In this document: positions 41,346 to 50,821 of the stretch, piece by piece | How the letters are laid out: every line of letters starts with the position of its first letter | Position numbering within the stretch: position 1 is the stretch's first letter | From: Deltaproteobacteria bacterium | GTDB taxonomy: Bacteria; Myxococcota; Kuafuiibacteriia; Kuafuiibacteriales; Kuafuiibacteriaceae | DNA length: 64,000 nt | Reading direction: 5' to 3' | Assembly (NCBI GenBank): GCA_040218735.1 | Contig: JAVJQW010000070.1 | Span: 384,001 to 448,000, forward strand | Position numbers and translations under genes: made by a program | Notes under the pieces: model-generated | Seen by the model: the letters and a program-made list of their open reading frames with translations, nothing else | The model's database searches: none | What the model was told of the DNA's origin: nothing

Positions 41346-42728
41346 TCAATCGCACATGCGGGCGCTGTCGTCGTCGCAATTCGGGTTGCCGTTGCGGACA
41401 CACGTCATGCCCGTGGGGGAGACCGTGACCTGCGTCCACGTGTCGGACGTGAGGTCGAGGATCCACGTGTCGTTGGCGAGGCCGCAGTCGGTGCGCCCGC
41501 CGTAGAGAACCACGCGATCGTCCCCGGCCTTCACGAACAGGTGGGACTCGCGGCGCTCCGGCACGGCCGGGTTCGCCGCGGCGAAGTTGCCGTAGAACTC
41601 GCAGAACGCGACCGAGTTGGTGCGCCCGGGCGCGTCGCCTTCGTCCACGAGGGACCAGGTCTGCGTGTCGAGGTCGAAGGCCCACAGGTCGTTGTTGTTG
41701 CCGAGGCCGAGGTCGTCGTGGCCGCCGAACAGGAGGATGCGATCGCGGACCTGGTCGGTGATCATCTTGCCCTTGATGCGCGGGCGCGGGCGGTTGGCGT
41801 CGTAGCCGTTGCCGAGCGGCCCCTGATCGATCTCCGACCAGGCCAACGTGGTCAGATCGAGGACCCACATGTTGCCGTCGCCGAAGGAGACGAACGCGTC
41901 CTCGCCGGCCCCGGCGAAGACGTAGAGGCGCTGCCGCTCCGCGTCGTACGCGGACGAGTGGAACAGACGCGCCGGCGGCGTCGATGACACGGGTACCATC
42001 GTCCAGTCGTTGGTGCTGACGTTGAAGACCCACGTCTGCGAGTCCGGGTAGAACTGCGAGAACGCCGGGTTCGTCTGGCCGCCGGCGTGGATGAACACCG
42101 CGCTGCTGTTCGGGTCCGCGACCATCGAGAAGTTCATGCGCCCCTTCGGCACGCCGTTCGGCGGCGCGTCGTTGAAGAGCCCGCCGCGCTGTGCCGACAG
42201 CTCCGCCCACGAGCGATCCACCGGGTTGAAGGCCCAGACGTCGTTGAGGAACGTGTACTCGCCGCTGCTGCCGGGGCGCCAGCGTCCGCCGAAGAGGACG
42301 AAGCGATCGTTCTGCGCGTCCCACACCGCCTGGCTGCGCGCACGCTGGCGCGGCGCCTCGGTGCTGACCGTCGAAAGGGTGTGCCAGGTCCCGGCGTCGA
42401 CGTCGAAGGCGTGGAGGTCATCGATGAAGTCGGACCCCGCGAACGAGCACATCTCCGGCTCGGACTTGTCGCCGAAGGCCATGTACACGACGCCGCACTT
42501 GTCGTCGTAGGCGGCCGCCATGTCGCCGCGACGCAGCGGAGCGACCTCGGCGCCGCTCAGCGCCGGACCGAGATCGGGGCAGCCGTCCTCGACGACGCCG
42601 CCGTCGCGGATGCTGCTGGTGGTGCCCCCGTCACGGGGCGGGATGTTCGTGTCGTCGCTGCCGTCGTCGCCGCCGCTGCAGGCGAAGGTGAGCACGGGGA
42701 GCAGGAGGAGTGCGGTGCGTGTGTTCAT
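41346..42728 (-). CDS. Kelch-repeat lipoprotein
   Basis: Lipobox TFAC; RDGG linker; about 6 Kelch blades (FGG...NDVWAF...W); C-terminal Cys cluster. Confidence 0.85.
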   Translation of the reverse strand: MNTRTALLLLPVLTFACSGGDDGSDDTNIPPRDGGTTSSIRDGGVVEDGCPDLGPALSGAEVAPLRRGDMAAAYDDKCGVVYMAFGDKSEPEMCSFAGSDFIDDLHAFDVDAGTWHTLSTVSTEAPRQRARSQAVWDAQNDRFVLFGGRWRPGSSGEYTFLNDVWAFNPVDRSWAELSAQRGGLFNDAPPNGVPKGRMNFSMVADPNSSAVFIHAGGQTNPAFSQFYPDSQTWVFNVSTNDWTMVPVSSTPPARLFHSSAYDAERQRLYVFAGAGEDAFVSFGDGNMWVLDLTTLAWSEIDQGPLGNGYDANRPRPRIKGKMITDQVRDRILLFGGHDDLGLGNNNDLWAFDLDTQTWSLVDEGDAPGRTNSVAFCEFYGNFAAANPAVPERRESHLFVKAGDDRVVLYGGRTDCGLANDTWILDLTSDTWTQVTVSPTGMTCVRNGNPNCDDDSARMCD

Positions 42729-42770
42729 GGGTGGCTCCAAGGGGATGGAACGCCTTCGAGGCGTCCGAGA

Positions 42771-43343
42771 TCAATCGCAGAAGTTGTCGTTCCCGGGCTC
42801 GCTCGGTCCCGGACACACGGACACGTCGACGGTGACCGCGTCCTCGTAGGTCAGCCCCGACTTCATCTCCACCACGACGCGCATCGTGGCCTGCTGCTCC
42901 GCGACGAGGCAGCAGTCGTCGATGATGTTCGGGATCGCGATGAGCTGAAGGGCGCCGGTCTCGGTGTCCATCTGGATCGGCGCGGCGCCGGTGCGCTGGA
43001 CCGTCGAGCGCACGCCGCCGTCGGTGGACGTCACGGTGAAGGTGAGGAGCTGGATGTCGGCCTTCGCGATGCCCATCATCCGCGCGCCGGACCACAGGTG
43101 CAGCCCGCCGTCGCGGCCGCCGCCCTGCGGGCCGGCGATCAGCTCGATGTCGTCGCCGTCCATCAGGACTTCGAACCGGTCCTCGCCGGTGCCGATCTGC
43201 ACGCTCGGCATTACGGGGCCCGCGTCGCGGGTGCTGACGGGGCCGCCGTCGCGGTTCACCACGTCGTCGTCGTTCCCGTCGTCGTCTCCGCTCGTGCCGC
43301 ACGCGGCGACGAGGAGGAGCGCGTAGAGCGCACGCCGGACCAT
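42771..43343 (-). CDS. Hypothetical lipoprotein
   Basis: Lipobox VAAC; Asp-rich linker; IGTG...F..L.DGD.I.L..GPQGG..H motif. Confidence 0.78.
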   Translation of the reverse strand: MVRRALYALLLVAACGTSGDDDGNDDDVVNRDGGPVSTRDAGPVMPSVQIGTGEDRFEVLMDGDDIELIAGPQGGGRDGGLHLWSGARMMGIAKADIQLLTFTVTSTDGGVRSTVQRTGAAPIQMDTETGALQLIAIPNIIDDCCLVAEQQATMRVVVEMKSGLTYEDAVTVDVSVCPGPSEPGNDNFCD

Positions 43344-43478
43344 CGCCCCTTTGCATACCGCGCTGCCGTCGATTCCGGCAATCCGATTTTGCGAACGATT
43401 CTCAATTAGCTGGCTTCGAGCGGAGACCGCGCGGTACGTCCGCGCGCTCGCGATCGCGGCGGTCTACCATCGGCCGCG

Positions 43479-44666
43479 GTGCGTCGCGCGGTTGTGCTCC
43501 TCGCCGTGTGCTCGGGCGGCTGCCTGGGGACGCTCAAACACGGTTTCGTCGACACGATCATGGTCGCCGCGGATCGTCCGCGCCCCGGACGGGTGTTCGT
43601 GCGACGCGGTGACGAGACGTTGCGGCTCCTCGCGGGTGACTTCCACTGCCACGTCACCCCGCCGGACGGTCGGCCGCATGTGGTGCGCGAGCTCGACGCG
43701 ACGGTGGAGCTCGCGCGTCAGGAGGGGCTCGACTTCCTCGTGCTGACGCCGCACGTCCGCGCGCGAACGCTTCACCTCCCGGCGGTGCAACGCCGCTTGC
43801 TCGACGCGATGGCCAACGTGCGCGCGGTGCGCGGCGGTCCGGTGCTCATCTTCGGGTTCGAGTACACCGACTTTTCGTACGGGCACGCGGGGATGGCGTT
43901 CGGCGATCTTCCGCGGGCGCTCGAACGTGCGTCCGACGAAGACCCGGCGGCGTTCGTGCGGACCTACCTGGCGAGCGGCGGCATCGCGACGATCAACCAC
44001 CCGCTCCTGCTCCCGGTCGACACGCCGATCGCGGTGTCGACGTGGGATCTTTCGTGGCTGCCGCTGGTGGAGCCGGCGCGGTACCCGCCGGATCTGGAGC
44101 TGATCGATCGGCGCGCGGCGACGTTCGAAGCGTTCAACCTCGCGATCGCGGATCTGCGCGACCGCTTCCTGTTCTTCGATCCCGAGCGATCGATCCGGCG
44201 CGTGCTCGCGGCGTTCGACGACAAGATCCTCCGCGAGCGACGTCGCCTGACCCCGGTCGGCGGGAGCGACACCCACGGTCACCACCTGCGCGCGACGACG
44301 TTCGTCCTCGCGACCTCGAACACCCGCGCGGCGATCGCCGAGGGCGTGCGTCGCGGCCGGACTTGCGTACGGGCGCCGGAGGCGTGTCGCACGATGATAC
44401 GGGTCGATCGGGGCTCCTGGGCGATCGTCGGCGAAGCGCGGTTCGGTCGTGACGTCGAGGTCCGCGCGCCGCGCGGCGCAGAAGTGCTCGTGAACGGCGA
44501 GATCGTGGGCGCGCGGTTCACGGTCGATCCAAAGATCTGTTCGATCGTTCGGACGCAGATCGGGCGCGGCTTCTCGGCGCCGATCTACGTCAACTGCCCG
44601 TTCGCAGCGCGCCGGCCGCGCGCGGGTCTTTTGCCGACAGCTGTCGTACCATCGCCGACGCCCTGA
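43479..44666 (+). CDS. Exported PHP-domain metallohydrolase
   Basis: Signal with Cys; GDFHCH, GLDFLVLTPH, FEYT..GH, INHP, EAFN, GGSDTH. Confidence 0.82.
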   Translation: MRRAVVLLAVCSGGCLGTLKHGFVDTIMVAADRPRPGRVFVRRGDETLRLLAGDFHCHVTPPDGRPHVVRELDATVELARQEGLDFLVLTPHVRARTLHLPAVQRRLLDAMANVRAVRGGPVLIFGFEYTDFSYGHAGMAFGDLPRALERASDEDPAAFVRTYLASGGIATINHPLLLPVDTPIAVSTWDLSWLPLVEPARYPPDLELIDRRAATFEAFNLAIADLRDRFLFFDPERSIRRVLAAFDDKILRERRRLTPVGGSDTHGHHLRATTFVLATSNTRAAIAEGVRRGRTCVRAPEACRTMIRVDRGSWAIVGEARFGRDVEVRAPRGAEVLVNGEIVGARFTVDPKICSIVRTQIGRGFSAPIYVNCPFAARRPRAGLLPTAVVPSPTP

Positions 44667-47563
44667 CGAACGCCACCGACAAGTACGAGCTCGGGGAGCG
44701 CCTCGGCGGAGGCGGCATGGCGGAGGTGTACCGCGGTACCCAGCGCGGCGCCGAGGGCTTCTCGAAGACGGTCGCGGTGAAGCGCGTGCTCCCGGGGTAC
44801 TCGAACGATCCGCAGTTCGCGGAGATGTTCGTGTCGGAGGCGACGATCGCGTCGCGGCTGATGCATCCAAACGTCGTCGCGGTGACGGACTTCGATCGCG
44901 ACACCGCGGGGCGGCTGTTCCTCGTGATGGAGCTCGTCGAGGGGCGCGACCTACGCGCGCTGATGACGACCGGGCGGCTCCCGCCGACGATCGTCGTGTA
45001 CATCGTGTCGGAGCTGTTGCGCGCGCTGGGGTACGCGCACGCGCTGCACCACGACGGGCGCCCCATGCAGATCGTCCACCGCGACGTGTCTCCGCACAAC
45101 GTGCTCGTGTCGTGGGACGGCGCGGTGAAGCTGTCGGACTTCGGCATCGCGAAGGCCGCGGAGGCGAGCCCGGCCACGCGCACCGGCGTGGTGAAGGGCA
45201 AGGCGGCGTACCTGAGCCCGGAGCAGGCGCGCGCGGAGTCGCTCGATCATCGTTCGGATCTGTTCGCGGCTGGGGTGGTGCTCTACGAGCTGCTGACGGA
45301 CAAACGTTTGTTCGCGGTGTCGGGTGGCGCGCGCGAGGCGGTGATCATTCACCGCGTGCTGAACCTCCAGTACCCGTCGCCAGGTGAGATCCACGAAGAC
45401 ATCAGCGAAGCGCTGGACGGTGTGTGCCGATGGTTGCTCGCGCGCGATCGCGACCAGCGCCCGGCGGACGCATTCGAAGCGCTCGACGCGCTGCTCGCGT
45501 GCCCCGAAGCCTCCGCCCGCGGCGCGCGCGGTCTGGCCGAGGTGATGCGCGAGCGCTTCCCGCGCGAGGCCCCGTCGCTCACGACGCCCGCGCACAGCGG
45601 CCCGGTCTACGAGACCCCGTCGAAGCCCCCCGTGGGTGACTTCACGGACAGCGAGATCGACGCGCGCGAGGCGGCTTACAACCTGCGGAGCATCGCCGTG
45701 GATCCCGTGGCGCGCGTGCCGACGAAGACGGAGCCAACGCCCGGCGCGCCGGCGCGGGATGCAGCCGCGGGGTCGTGGGCGCCCAGCCCCGACGCGGGCG
45801 GAGCGGATTCGGGATCAGCCGGCGACCGCGGAGGCGACGCGGTAGAGGCCGGTCGACGAGGGCCGGCATCGGGCTGGGCCGCCGACCGCGGAGGTGATTC
45901 GGTACAGGCCGGTCGACGAGGGCCGGCATCGGGCTGGGCCGCCGACCATGGAGGTGATCCGGTTCAGGCCGGGCGACGAGGGCCAGCATCGGCATCGGCC
46001 GCCGACCGCGGAGGTGATCCGGTAGAGGCCGGGCGACGCGGGCCGGCGCTCGGCCACGCCCCCGGGGCACCGATCGCTGCGGATCACGCGGGCGCCGCGC
46101 CCGCGGACGGCCGAGCCGCTCCAAGGCCCGGCCGCCGAGGGCCTGCGGGCTCGGCCCCCGACGGAGCACAGCGGGCTTTTGGCGACGCGCGCGGTGCGGT
46201 CGCGGAAGGCCAGGCAGCTCCGAACTCCGGCCGCCGAGCGCCTGCGCCGGGCTCGGCCCCTGCCCCCGGCGACACGCACGGAGCGCCGGTGCTGGGCTCG
46301 TCCGCCGGTGCGTCCGGTGCGCCAGGTTACGGCGTGATCGAGAGCGCTTCCGATCCCGGCCGACGGAGTCCGGGGTCGGGCGCCGCCGCACCCGGTTCTG
46401 GTCATGCGCACGGAGCGATGGGACGAGGCCCCGCGGCTCCGAGTCCGGGCCTACGCGGGCCGAGCTCGCCCGCCGATCACCACGGAGCGCCGCCGGCTTC
46501 CGGCGACGCCCACGGCTCGCCCTCCGACCCGCCGGGTGCACGGGCTCTGGGCCCGTCCGATTACGTCGCAGGCGTTCCGGGTCAACGTGCGCAAGCGCCG
46601 GGATCGGCCGCAGGCCCCAACACGCCGTCGTCCGGCGACGCACGCGAGGCGCGCACGCCGAGCTCACCCGCCGACCACGACGGCGCCTCGCCCCTTGGAC
46701 ACGGCGGAGGGTCGCCCCACGACCAAGCGGCGTGGCCCGATCCCGGGGCGGCCGCGCAGAAGGATCGGCACGCCATCGCGAACCTCGCTCCCCCCGCCGG
46801 CGAGCGCGGCGACTCCACGACCACGCCCGTACCAGGCGCTTCCGCCGCGCCGGAGTCGACGGCGGGCGGGCGTCGGTCGGATCGCATCAGCGGGCCGACG
46901 GTGGTCCGCGACGCGTCGCCCGCTTCGCGTTGGCCCGACTCCGCCACGCGCCCGACGGCGCCCGGCTCACTGGTGCCGGGGACCCTCGTCGACTCCGCGC
47001 CGACCCGGCACACGCCGGCACCGATCTCTTCGCCGCCGCGCCGGGCCTGGTGGGCCGCGTTTGTGTTGCTCGCGACCGCGGCCGTCGGGCTCGGGTACCT
47101 GAACTGGCGCACGAACGCGGACGAGCGCACCGCGCCGCAAGCCGACGAGGCCGCCCTGGAACGTGAGGCGCCGAGCCTCGGCGCTGCGCCCGGCCGACGC
47201 GACACATCCGAGGCGCCGAGCGGCCGGGACGAAGCCTCGCCGCGCCCCGCTGCGATCGAGGAAGCCGCGCGCGACGCAGATCGAGACGTGAGCGACGGAG
47301 CGTCCCGCCAACGCGGCACCGCGTCGGGCGGCCGGGATCAGGACCGCTCAGCGAAGGCCGCCGACGCGGCGCAGGACTCGGACGCGACGAAGCGCCCGTC
47401 CTCGGTCACGACGACGAAGAAGCGACCCCATGATGCCGCCTCGTCCACGCGCACGACGCGTCGACGACGACGGACGGAACCGCCGCCCCCGCCCCCGCCG
47501 GAGCCCGCGCCGCCGACGAAGCCGAAGAAAGTCGGTGACGACCTGCTGTCGCCTGACCTTTGA
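44663..47563 (+). CDS. Membrane Ser/Thr protein kinase with long low-complexity linker; probable CTG start
   Basis: KYELGERLGGGGMAEVY lies partly upstream of the first ATG (44717); VAVKR, HRDVSPHN, DFG, YLSPEQ; TM helix WWAAFVLLATAAVGLGYL. Confidence 0.9.
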   Translation: MTNATDKYELGERLGGGGMAEVYRGTQRGAEGFSKTVAVKRVLPGYSNDPQFAEMFVSEATIASRLMHPNVVAVTDFDRDTAGRLFLVMELVEGRDLRALMTTGRLPPTIVVYIVSELLRALGYAHALHHDGRPMQIVHRDVSPHNVLVSWDGAVKLSDFGIAKAAEASPATRTGVVKGKAAYLSPEQARAESLDHRSDLFAAGVVLYELLTDKRLFAVSGGAREAVIIHRVLNLQYPSPGEIHEDISEALDGVCRWLLARDRDQRPADAFEALDALLACPEASARGARGLAEVMRERFPREAPSLTTPAHSGPVYETPSKPPVGDFTDSEIDAREAAYNLRSIAVDPVARVPTKTEPTPGAPARDAAAGSWAPSPDAGGADSGSAGDRGGDAVEAGRRGPASGWAADRGGDSVQAGRRGPASGWAADHGGDPVQAGRRGPASASAADRGGDPVEAGRRGPALGHAPGAPIAADHAGAAPADGRAAPRPGRRGPAGSAPDGAQRAFGDARGAVAEGQAAPNSGRRAPAPGSAPAPGDTHGAPVLGSSAGASGAPGYGVIESASDPGRRSPGSGAAAPGSGHAHGAMGRGPAAPSPGLRGPSSPADHHGAPPASGDAHGSPSDPPGARALGPSDYVAGVPGQRAQAPGSAAGPNTPSSGDAREARTPSSPADHDGASPLGHGGGSPHDQAAWPDPGAAAQKDRHAIANLAPPAGERGDSTTTPVPGASAAPESTAGGRRSDRISGPTVVRDASPASRWPDSATRPTAPGSLVPGTLVDSAPTRHTPAPISSPPRRAWWAAFVLLATAAVGLGYLNWRTNADERTAPQADEAALEREAPSLGAAPGRRDTSEAPSGRDEASPRPAAIEEAARDADRDVSDGASRQRGTASGGRDQDRSAKAADAAQDSDATKRPSSVTTTKKRPHDAASSTRTTRRRRRTEPPPPPPPEPAPPTKPKKVGDDLLSPDL
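45818..46048 (+). repeat. 60-bp coding tandem repeat x4 (AADRGGDxVxAGRRGPASGW)
   Basis: Units start at 45818, 45878, 45938 and 45998. Confidence 0.92.
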
Positions 47564-48549
47564 TGCCGCGCGCGATGCGCCGCTTGGTCACCATCGTCGC
47601 GTTCGCGCTCGTGTTCACCGCAGGCCCCGCTCACGCCGACAAGAGCGCGGCGAAGGACCACTACGAGCGCGGGACCCGCGCCTACAACCTCGGCCGCTTC
47701 GACCAGGCCATCGACCACTTCGCGCGCGCCTACGAGGCGCACCCCTCGCCCGTGTTCCTCTTCAACATCGCGCAGGCGCACCGGCTCGCCGGGCACTGCG
47801 AAAAGGCCGCGTTCTTCTACCGACGCTACCTCTCGGAGGAGCCGGATTCACCGGCGCGCGCGGAGATCGACGGTCACCTCCGCACCCTCGCCGACTGCGC
47901 CCAGGAGGAACCGAAGGCTCCGCCCCCCGCGCCACCACCGCCTCCGCCCGAGTCCACGTCGCCCAAGGCTGCTTCGCCCGTGTCCACGTCGACGCGCCCT
48001 GCGCCACCGCCCACACCGCCGCCCGCAGCGCCCTGGATCGAGCTGCGGCTCGAGGGCGGCGCGGCGTTCCTCTCGCTCGGCGACGTCGACGTTCCGGTCC
48101 AGGCCGCCGCCGCGGTCGCGGTCGGGCACCCCTTCCGGTTCGACGCGCTCAGCGTCACGCCCGCTGTGTTCGCGCAGTTCACCTCCGTGCCGTACGAAGG
48201 CGGGTCCTCCGGCACCGCGCTGCTCTTCGGGGTGGGGGCCGGCGCTGACGTTCGTTACCACCTCGGCGAGCGTGTCGCGTTACGCGGCGGCGTCGGGCTC
48301 GGCGTGTTGCTGTTGTCCGGCCTCGAAGAAGGCAACCCGATCACGCGCGACGGCAACCCCGCGACCGGCGCGCTGTCCTTGATCACCGCGCGCGGCCAGC
48401 TCGGGCTCGACGTGTTCTTCAACGAGCGCGTCGCGCTCGCGATCACTCCGGTGTCGGTGGGGTTCAGCCCTCGCCGCGAAGACTTCGCCGACGGCGTGAA
48501 GCGCGTCCTCCGCTTCGAGCTGTTGGGCGGCCTCGTCGTGTTCCTGTGA
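47563..48549 (+). CDS. TPR protein with Pro-rich linker and probable outer-membrane beta-barrel
   Basis: Signal peptide; TPR (AKDHYERG...F..AY..P.P.FLFNIAQ); amphipathic beta strands ending GGLVVFL; TGATG coupling to the kinase. Confidence 0.8.
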   Translation: MPRAMRRLVTIVAFALVFTAGPAHADKSAAKDHYERGTRAYNLGRFDQAIDHFARAYEAHPSPVFLFNIAQAHRLAGHCEKAAFFYRRYLSEEPDSPARAEIDGHLRTLADCAQEEPKAPPPAPPPPPPESTSPKAASPVSTSTRPAPPPTPPPAAPWIELRLEGGAAFLSLGDVDVPVQAAAAVAVGHPFRFDALSVTPAVFAQFTSVPYEGGSSGTALLFGVGAGADVRYHLGERVALRGGVGLGVLLLSGLEEGNPITRDGNPATGALSLITARGQLGLDVFFNERVALAITPVSVGFSPRREDFADGVKRVLRFELLGGLVVFL

Positions 48550-48567
48550 ACCGACGCGAACCGTGGG

Positions 48568-49131
48568 CTACCTCGACGACAGCGGTCCGACCGTCGAAGT
48601 CTGCGTCACGGCGAGTGTGTAGAAACGGACGACGCGCTCGCGCTCCTCGACGCGGCCCGTCGGGAACTGCGCCGCGAACAGCGCGTTCTTGAGGCACTCC
48701 CCAGCGAGCTCGATGGCGCCGTTGGCGCTCGGGTCGATCGGTTCCGGCACCTTCCGCACGACGATCGCGCAGACCAGCCCCGCTGGATCCACGCCGTACC
48801 CGACGCGGTAGCCGAGCGGCTCGAAGGCGACGCCTGCGTCCGCGAGGCTCGAGCGGTAGACCTCACGGCACGTGTTGGCGCCCTTCCCCATCGCGGCCTC
48901 GACCTCGGCGTCCGTGATCCGATCACCGAACGTCTTGCGCTCCGCTTCGTAGGCCGGCTCGGTGAGGCGCGTCGTCACGCCAACGCAGGGGTCGCGCCCC
49001 TTCGGCGGCATGTGCACGGCCTCGGCCCGCATGATGCGCTGCGCTTCGGCGGCGCGTGCGTCGAGGTCGGCCTGGCTCGGGCCAGCGCACGACGCGGCGA
49101 GCAGGCAGAGGATCAGTCCGCGGCGTCCCAT
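48568..49131 (-). CDS. Hypothetical lipoprotein (TonB-C/AgmX-C-like fold possible)
   Basis: Lipobox AASC; C..Y...L, VD..G.V, ECL......FP pattern; overlaps the cysS 3' end by 19 nt. Confidence 0.62.
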   Translation of the reverse strand: MGRRGLILCLLAASCAGPSQADLDARAAEAQRIMRAEAVHMPPKGRDPCVGVTTRLTEPAYEAERKTFGDRITDAEVEAAMGKGANTCREVYRSSLADAGVAFEPLGYRVGYGVDPAGLVCAIVVRKVPEPIDPSANGAIELAGECLKNALFAAQFPTGRVEERERVVRFYTLAVTQTSTVGPLSSR

Positions 49132-50678
49132 GTCGTTCCGTCCTTCCCGTCCTTGAGGATGATGCCCTTCGCCTTCAGCTCGTCGCGGATCTCGTCGGCG
49201 CGCTTGAAGTCTTTCTTCGCGCGCGCCTCCTTCCGCTCCTCGATGAACGCCTCGATCTGCGCGGGTGTCAGCTGCAGCGACGACGACCGCGCGAGCTTTC
49301 GGCGCTCGAGGTAGGCCTTCGGTTCGGCCTGCCACAGACCGAGCACGTCCCCCATCTGTCGAAGGATGACGCGCGCCTCCGCGAGGAGCCGGCTGGTGTT
49401 CTCCGGCGACAGCACTTCGCCAATCCGCGCCTTCTCCTGGCCGTGGATGAGCTCGTTCGCGATGTGAAAGACCTCGGCCGCCTCCGCGAGCGCGCGCGGC
49501 GTGTTGAAGTCGTCGTTCATCGCGTCGGTGAAGCGCGCCCACGGGTCCACGTCGAACGTGGCCGCGAGGTTCTTGCCGGGCACGAACGTCTGCTCGTTCG
49601 TGAACGCGTCCATCGCTTCGAGCGTCTCGTAGTTCTTGTCGAGGCGCTTCTCGGCGGCGTCGAGCAGGTCGTGGGAGAACGCGATCGGCGAACGGTACTG
49701 GCTCGTGAGGAAGAGCATCCGCAGCGCTTCGCCCTCGTACTGCGCGAGCATCTCGCGCACGGGGTAGAAGTTGCCGCGGGACTTCGACATCTTGAAGTCC
49801 ATCTCCGTGAACGTGTAGCCGCACGCGCAGTGGTGCCCGGACTCCGGGATCTTCTCGAGCTCCTTGTCGCACCCGGGGCACTTCTCGGGCATCAGGTTCA
49901 CGAAGCCGTTGTGCATCCAGATGTTCGCCATCAGCTCCGTGCCGTTGGCGGCGCAGGACTGGGCGAGCTCGTTTTCGTGGTGCGGGAAGACGAGGTCCTT
50001 GCCGCCCGCGTGGATGTCGAAGACCTCGCCGAGGTACTTGCCGCTCATGGCCGAGCACTCGATGTGCCAGCCGGGACGGCCCTTGCCCCACGGTGAGTCC
50101 CACGACGGCTCGCCCGGCTTGGCCGACTTCCACAGCGCGAAGTCGGCGGCGGCGCGTTTGCGGGTGTCCACCGCGACGCGGGCGCCCTCTTCCTGCTCGT
50201 CGAGCTTGCGCCCGGAGAGCGCGCCGTAGGCTTCGTACTTCGCGACTTCGAAGTAGACGTCGCCGTCGACGTCGTACGCGAAGCCCTTTGCGATCAGCGT
50301 CTCGATCATCGCGACGATCTCGGCGATGTGGGTCGTGACTCGCGGCTCGATGTTGGGCTCGAGGCAGCCGAGCTCCGACATGTCCGAAGAGAACTGCGCG
50401 ATGAAGCGGTTCGTGACCTCGTCGGTCGTCTCGCCGTTGGCGTTCGCGGCCTTGATGATCTTGTCGTCGACGTCCGTGAAGTTGCGGACGTAGGTGACGA
50501 GATACTGGGTCTTGAGCCAGCGATAGACGACGTCGAAGGCGACGTAACAGCGGCCGTGGCCGATGTGCGTCGGGGCGTAGACGGTGACGCCACAGACGTA
50601 CATGCGAACCTTGCCCGGTTCGAGCGGGTTGAAGTCGACTTTCTCCCGAGTGCGGGTATCGAAGACTCTCAGGCCCAT
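49113..50678 (-). CDS. cysS: Cysteine--tRNA ligase with a Cys-rich insertion
   Basis: YVCGVTVY, HIGH, NFTDVDDKII, DFALWK, GRPGWHIECSAM, FPHHENE, KMSKS, DDFNTP. Confidence 0.98.
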   Translation of the reverse strand: MGLRVFDTRTREKVDFNPLEPGKVRMYVCGVTVYAPTHIGHGRCYVAFDVVYRWLKTQYLVTYVRNFTDVDDKIIKAANANGETTDEVTNRFIAQFSSDMSELGCLEPNIEPRVTTHIAEIVAMIETLIAKGFAYDVDGDVYFEVAKYEAYGALSGRKLDEQEEGARVAVDTRKRAAADFALWKSAKPGEPSWDSPWGKGRPGWHIECSAMSGKYLGEVFDIHAGGKDLVFPHHENELAQSCAANGTELMANIWMHNGFVNLMPEKCPGCDKELEKIPESGHHCACGYTFTEMDFKMSKSRGNFYPVREMLAQYEGEALRMLFLTSQYRSPIAFSHDLLDAAEKRLDKNYETLEAMDAFTNEQTFVPGKNLAATFDVDPWARFTDAMNDDFNTPRALAEAAEVFHIANELIHGQEKARIGEVLSPENTSRLLAEARVILRQMGDVLGLWQAEPKAYLERRKLARSSSLQLTPAQIEAFIEERKEARAKKDFKRADEIRDELKAKGIILKDGKDGTTWDAAD

Positions 50679-50752
50679 CGCCGCCCCCGTATGTCACGGG
50701 CGCAGGTGATTGTCCGCAGTGATTTCGCGCGGTGCCGAAGGGCACAAACGCG

Positions 50753-50785
50753 AAAACGCGGGCGCCCCGTCCGGAGCACCCGCGT
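50753..50785 (-). terminator. Intrinsic terminator downstream of cdnL
   Basis: Minus-strand hairpin ACGCGGGTGCTCCG-GA-CGGGGCGCCCGCGT followed by a short T run. Confidence 0.6.
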
Positions 50786-50821
50786 CATCGGCGATTCACT
50801 TTCGATCCGTGGCGCAGCGTT

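Noticed and set aside
41339-41401. N-terminal extension of UvrB overlapping the Kelch lipoprotein gene
   Set aside because: UvrB-like sequence begins at VKFEL, and GTG 41338 removes the overlap.
43375-43395. Possible sigma54 promoter (GGCAATCCGATTTTGC)
   Set aside because: The GG-to-GC spacing is 12 nt rather than the required 10.
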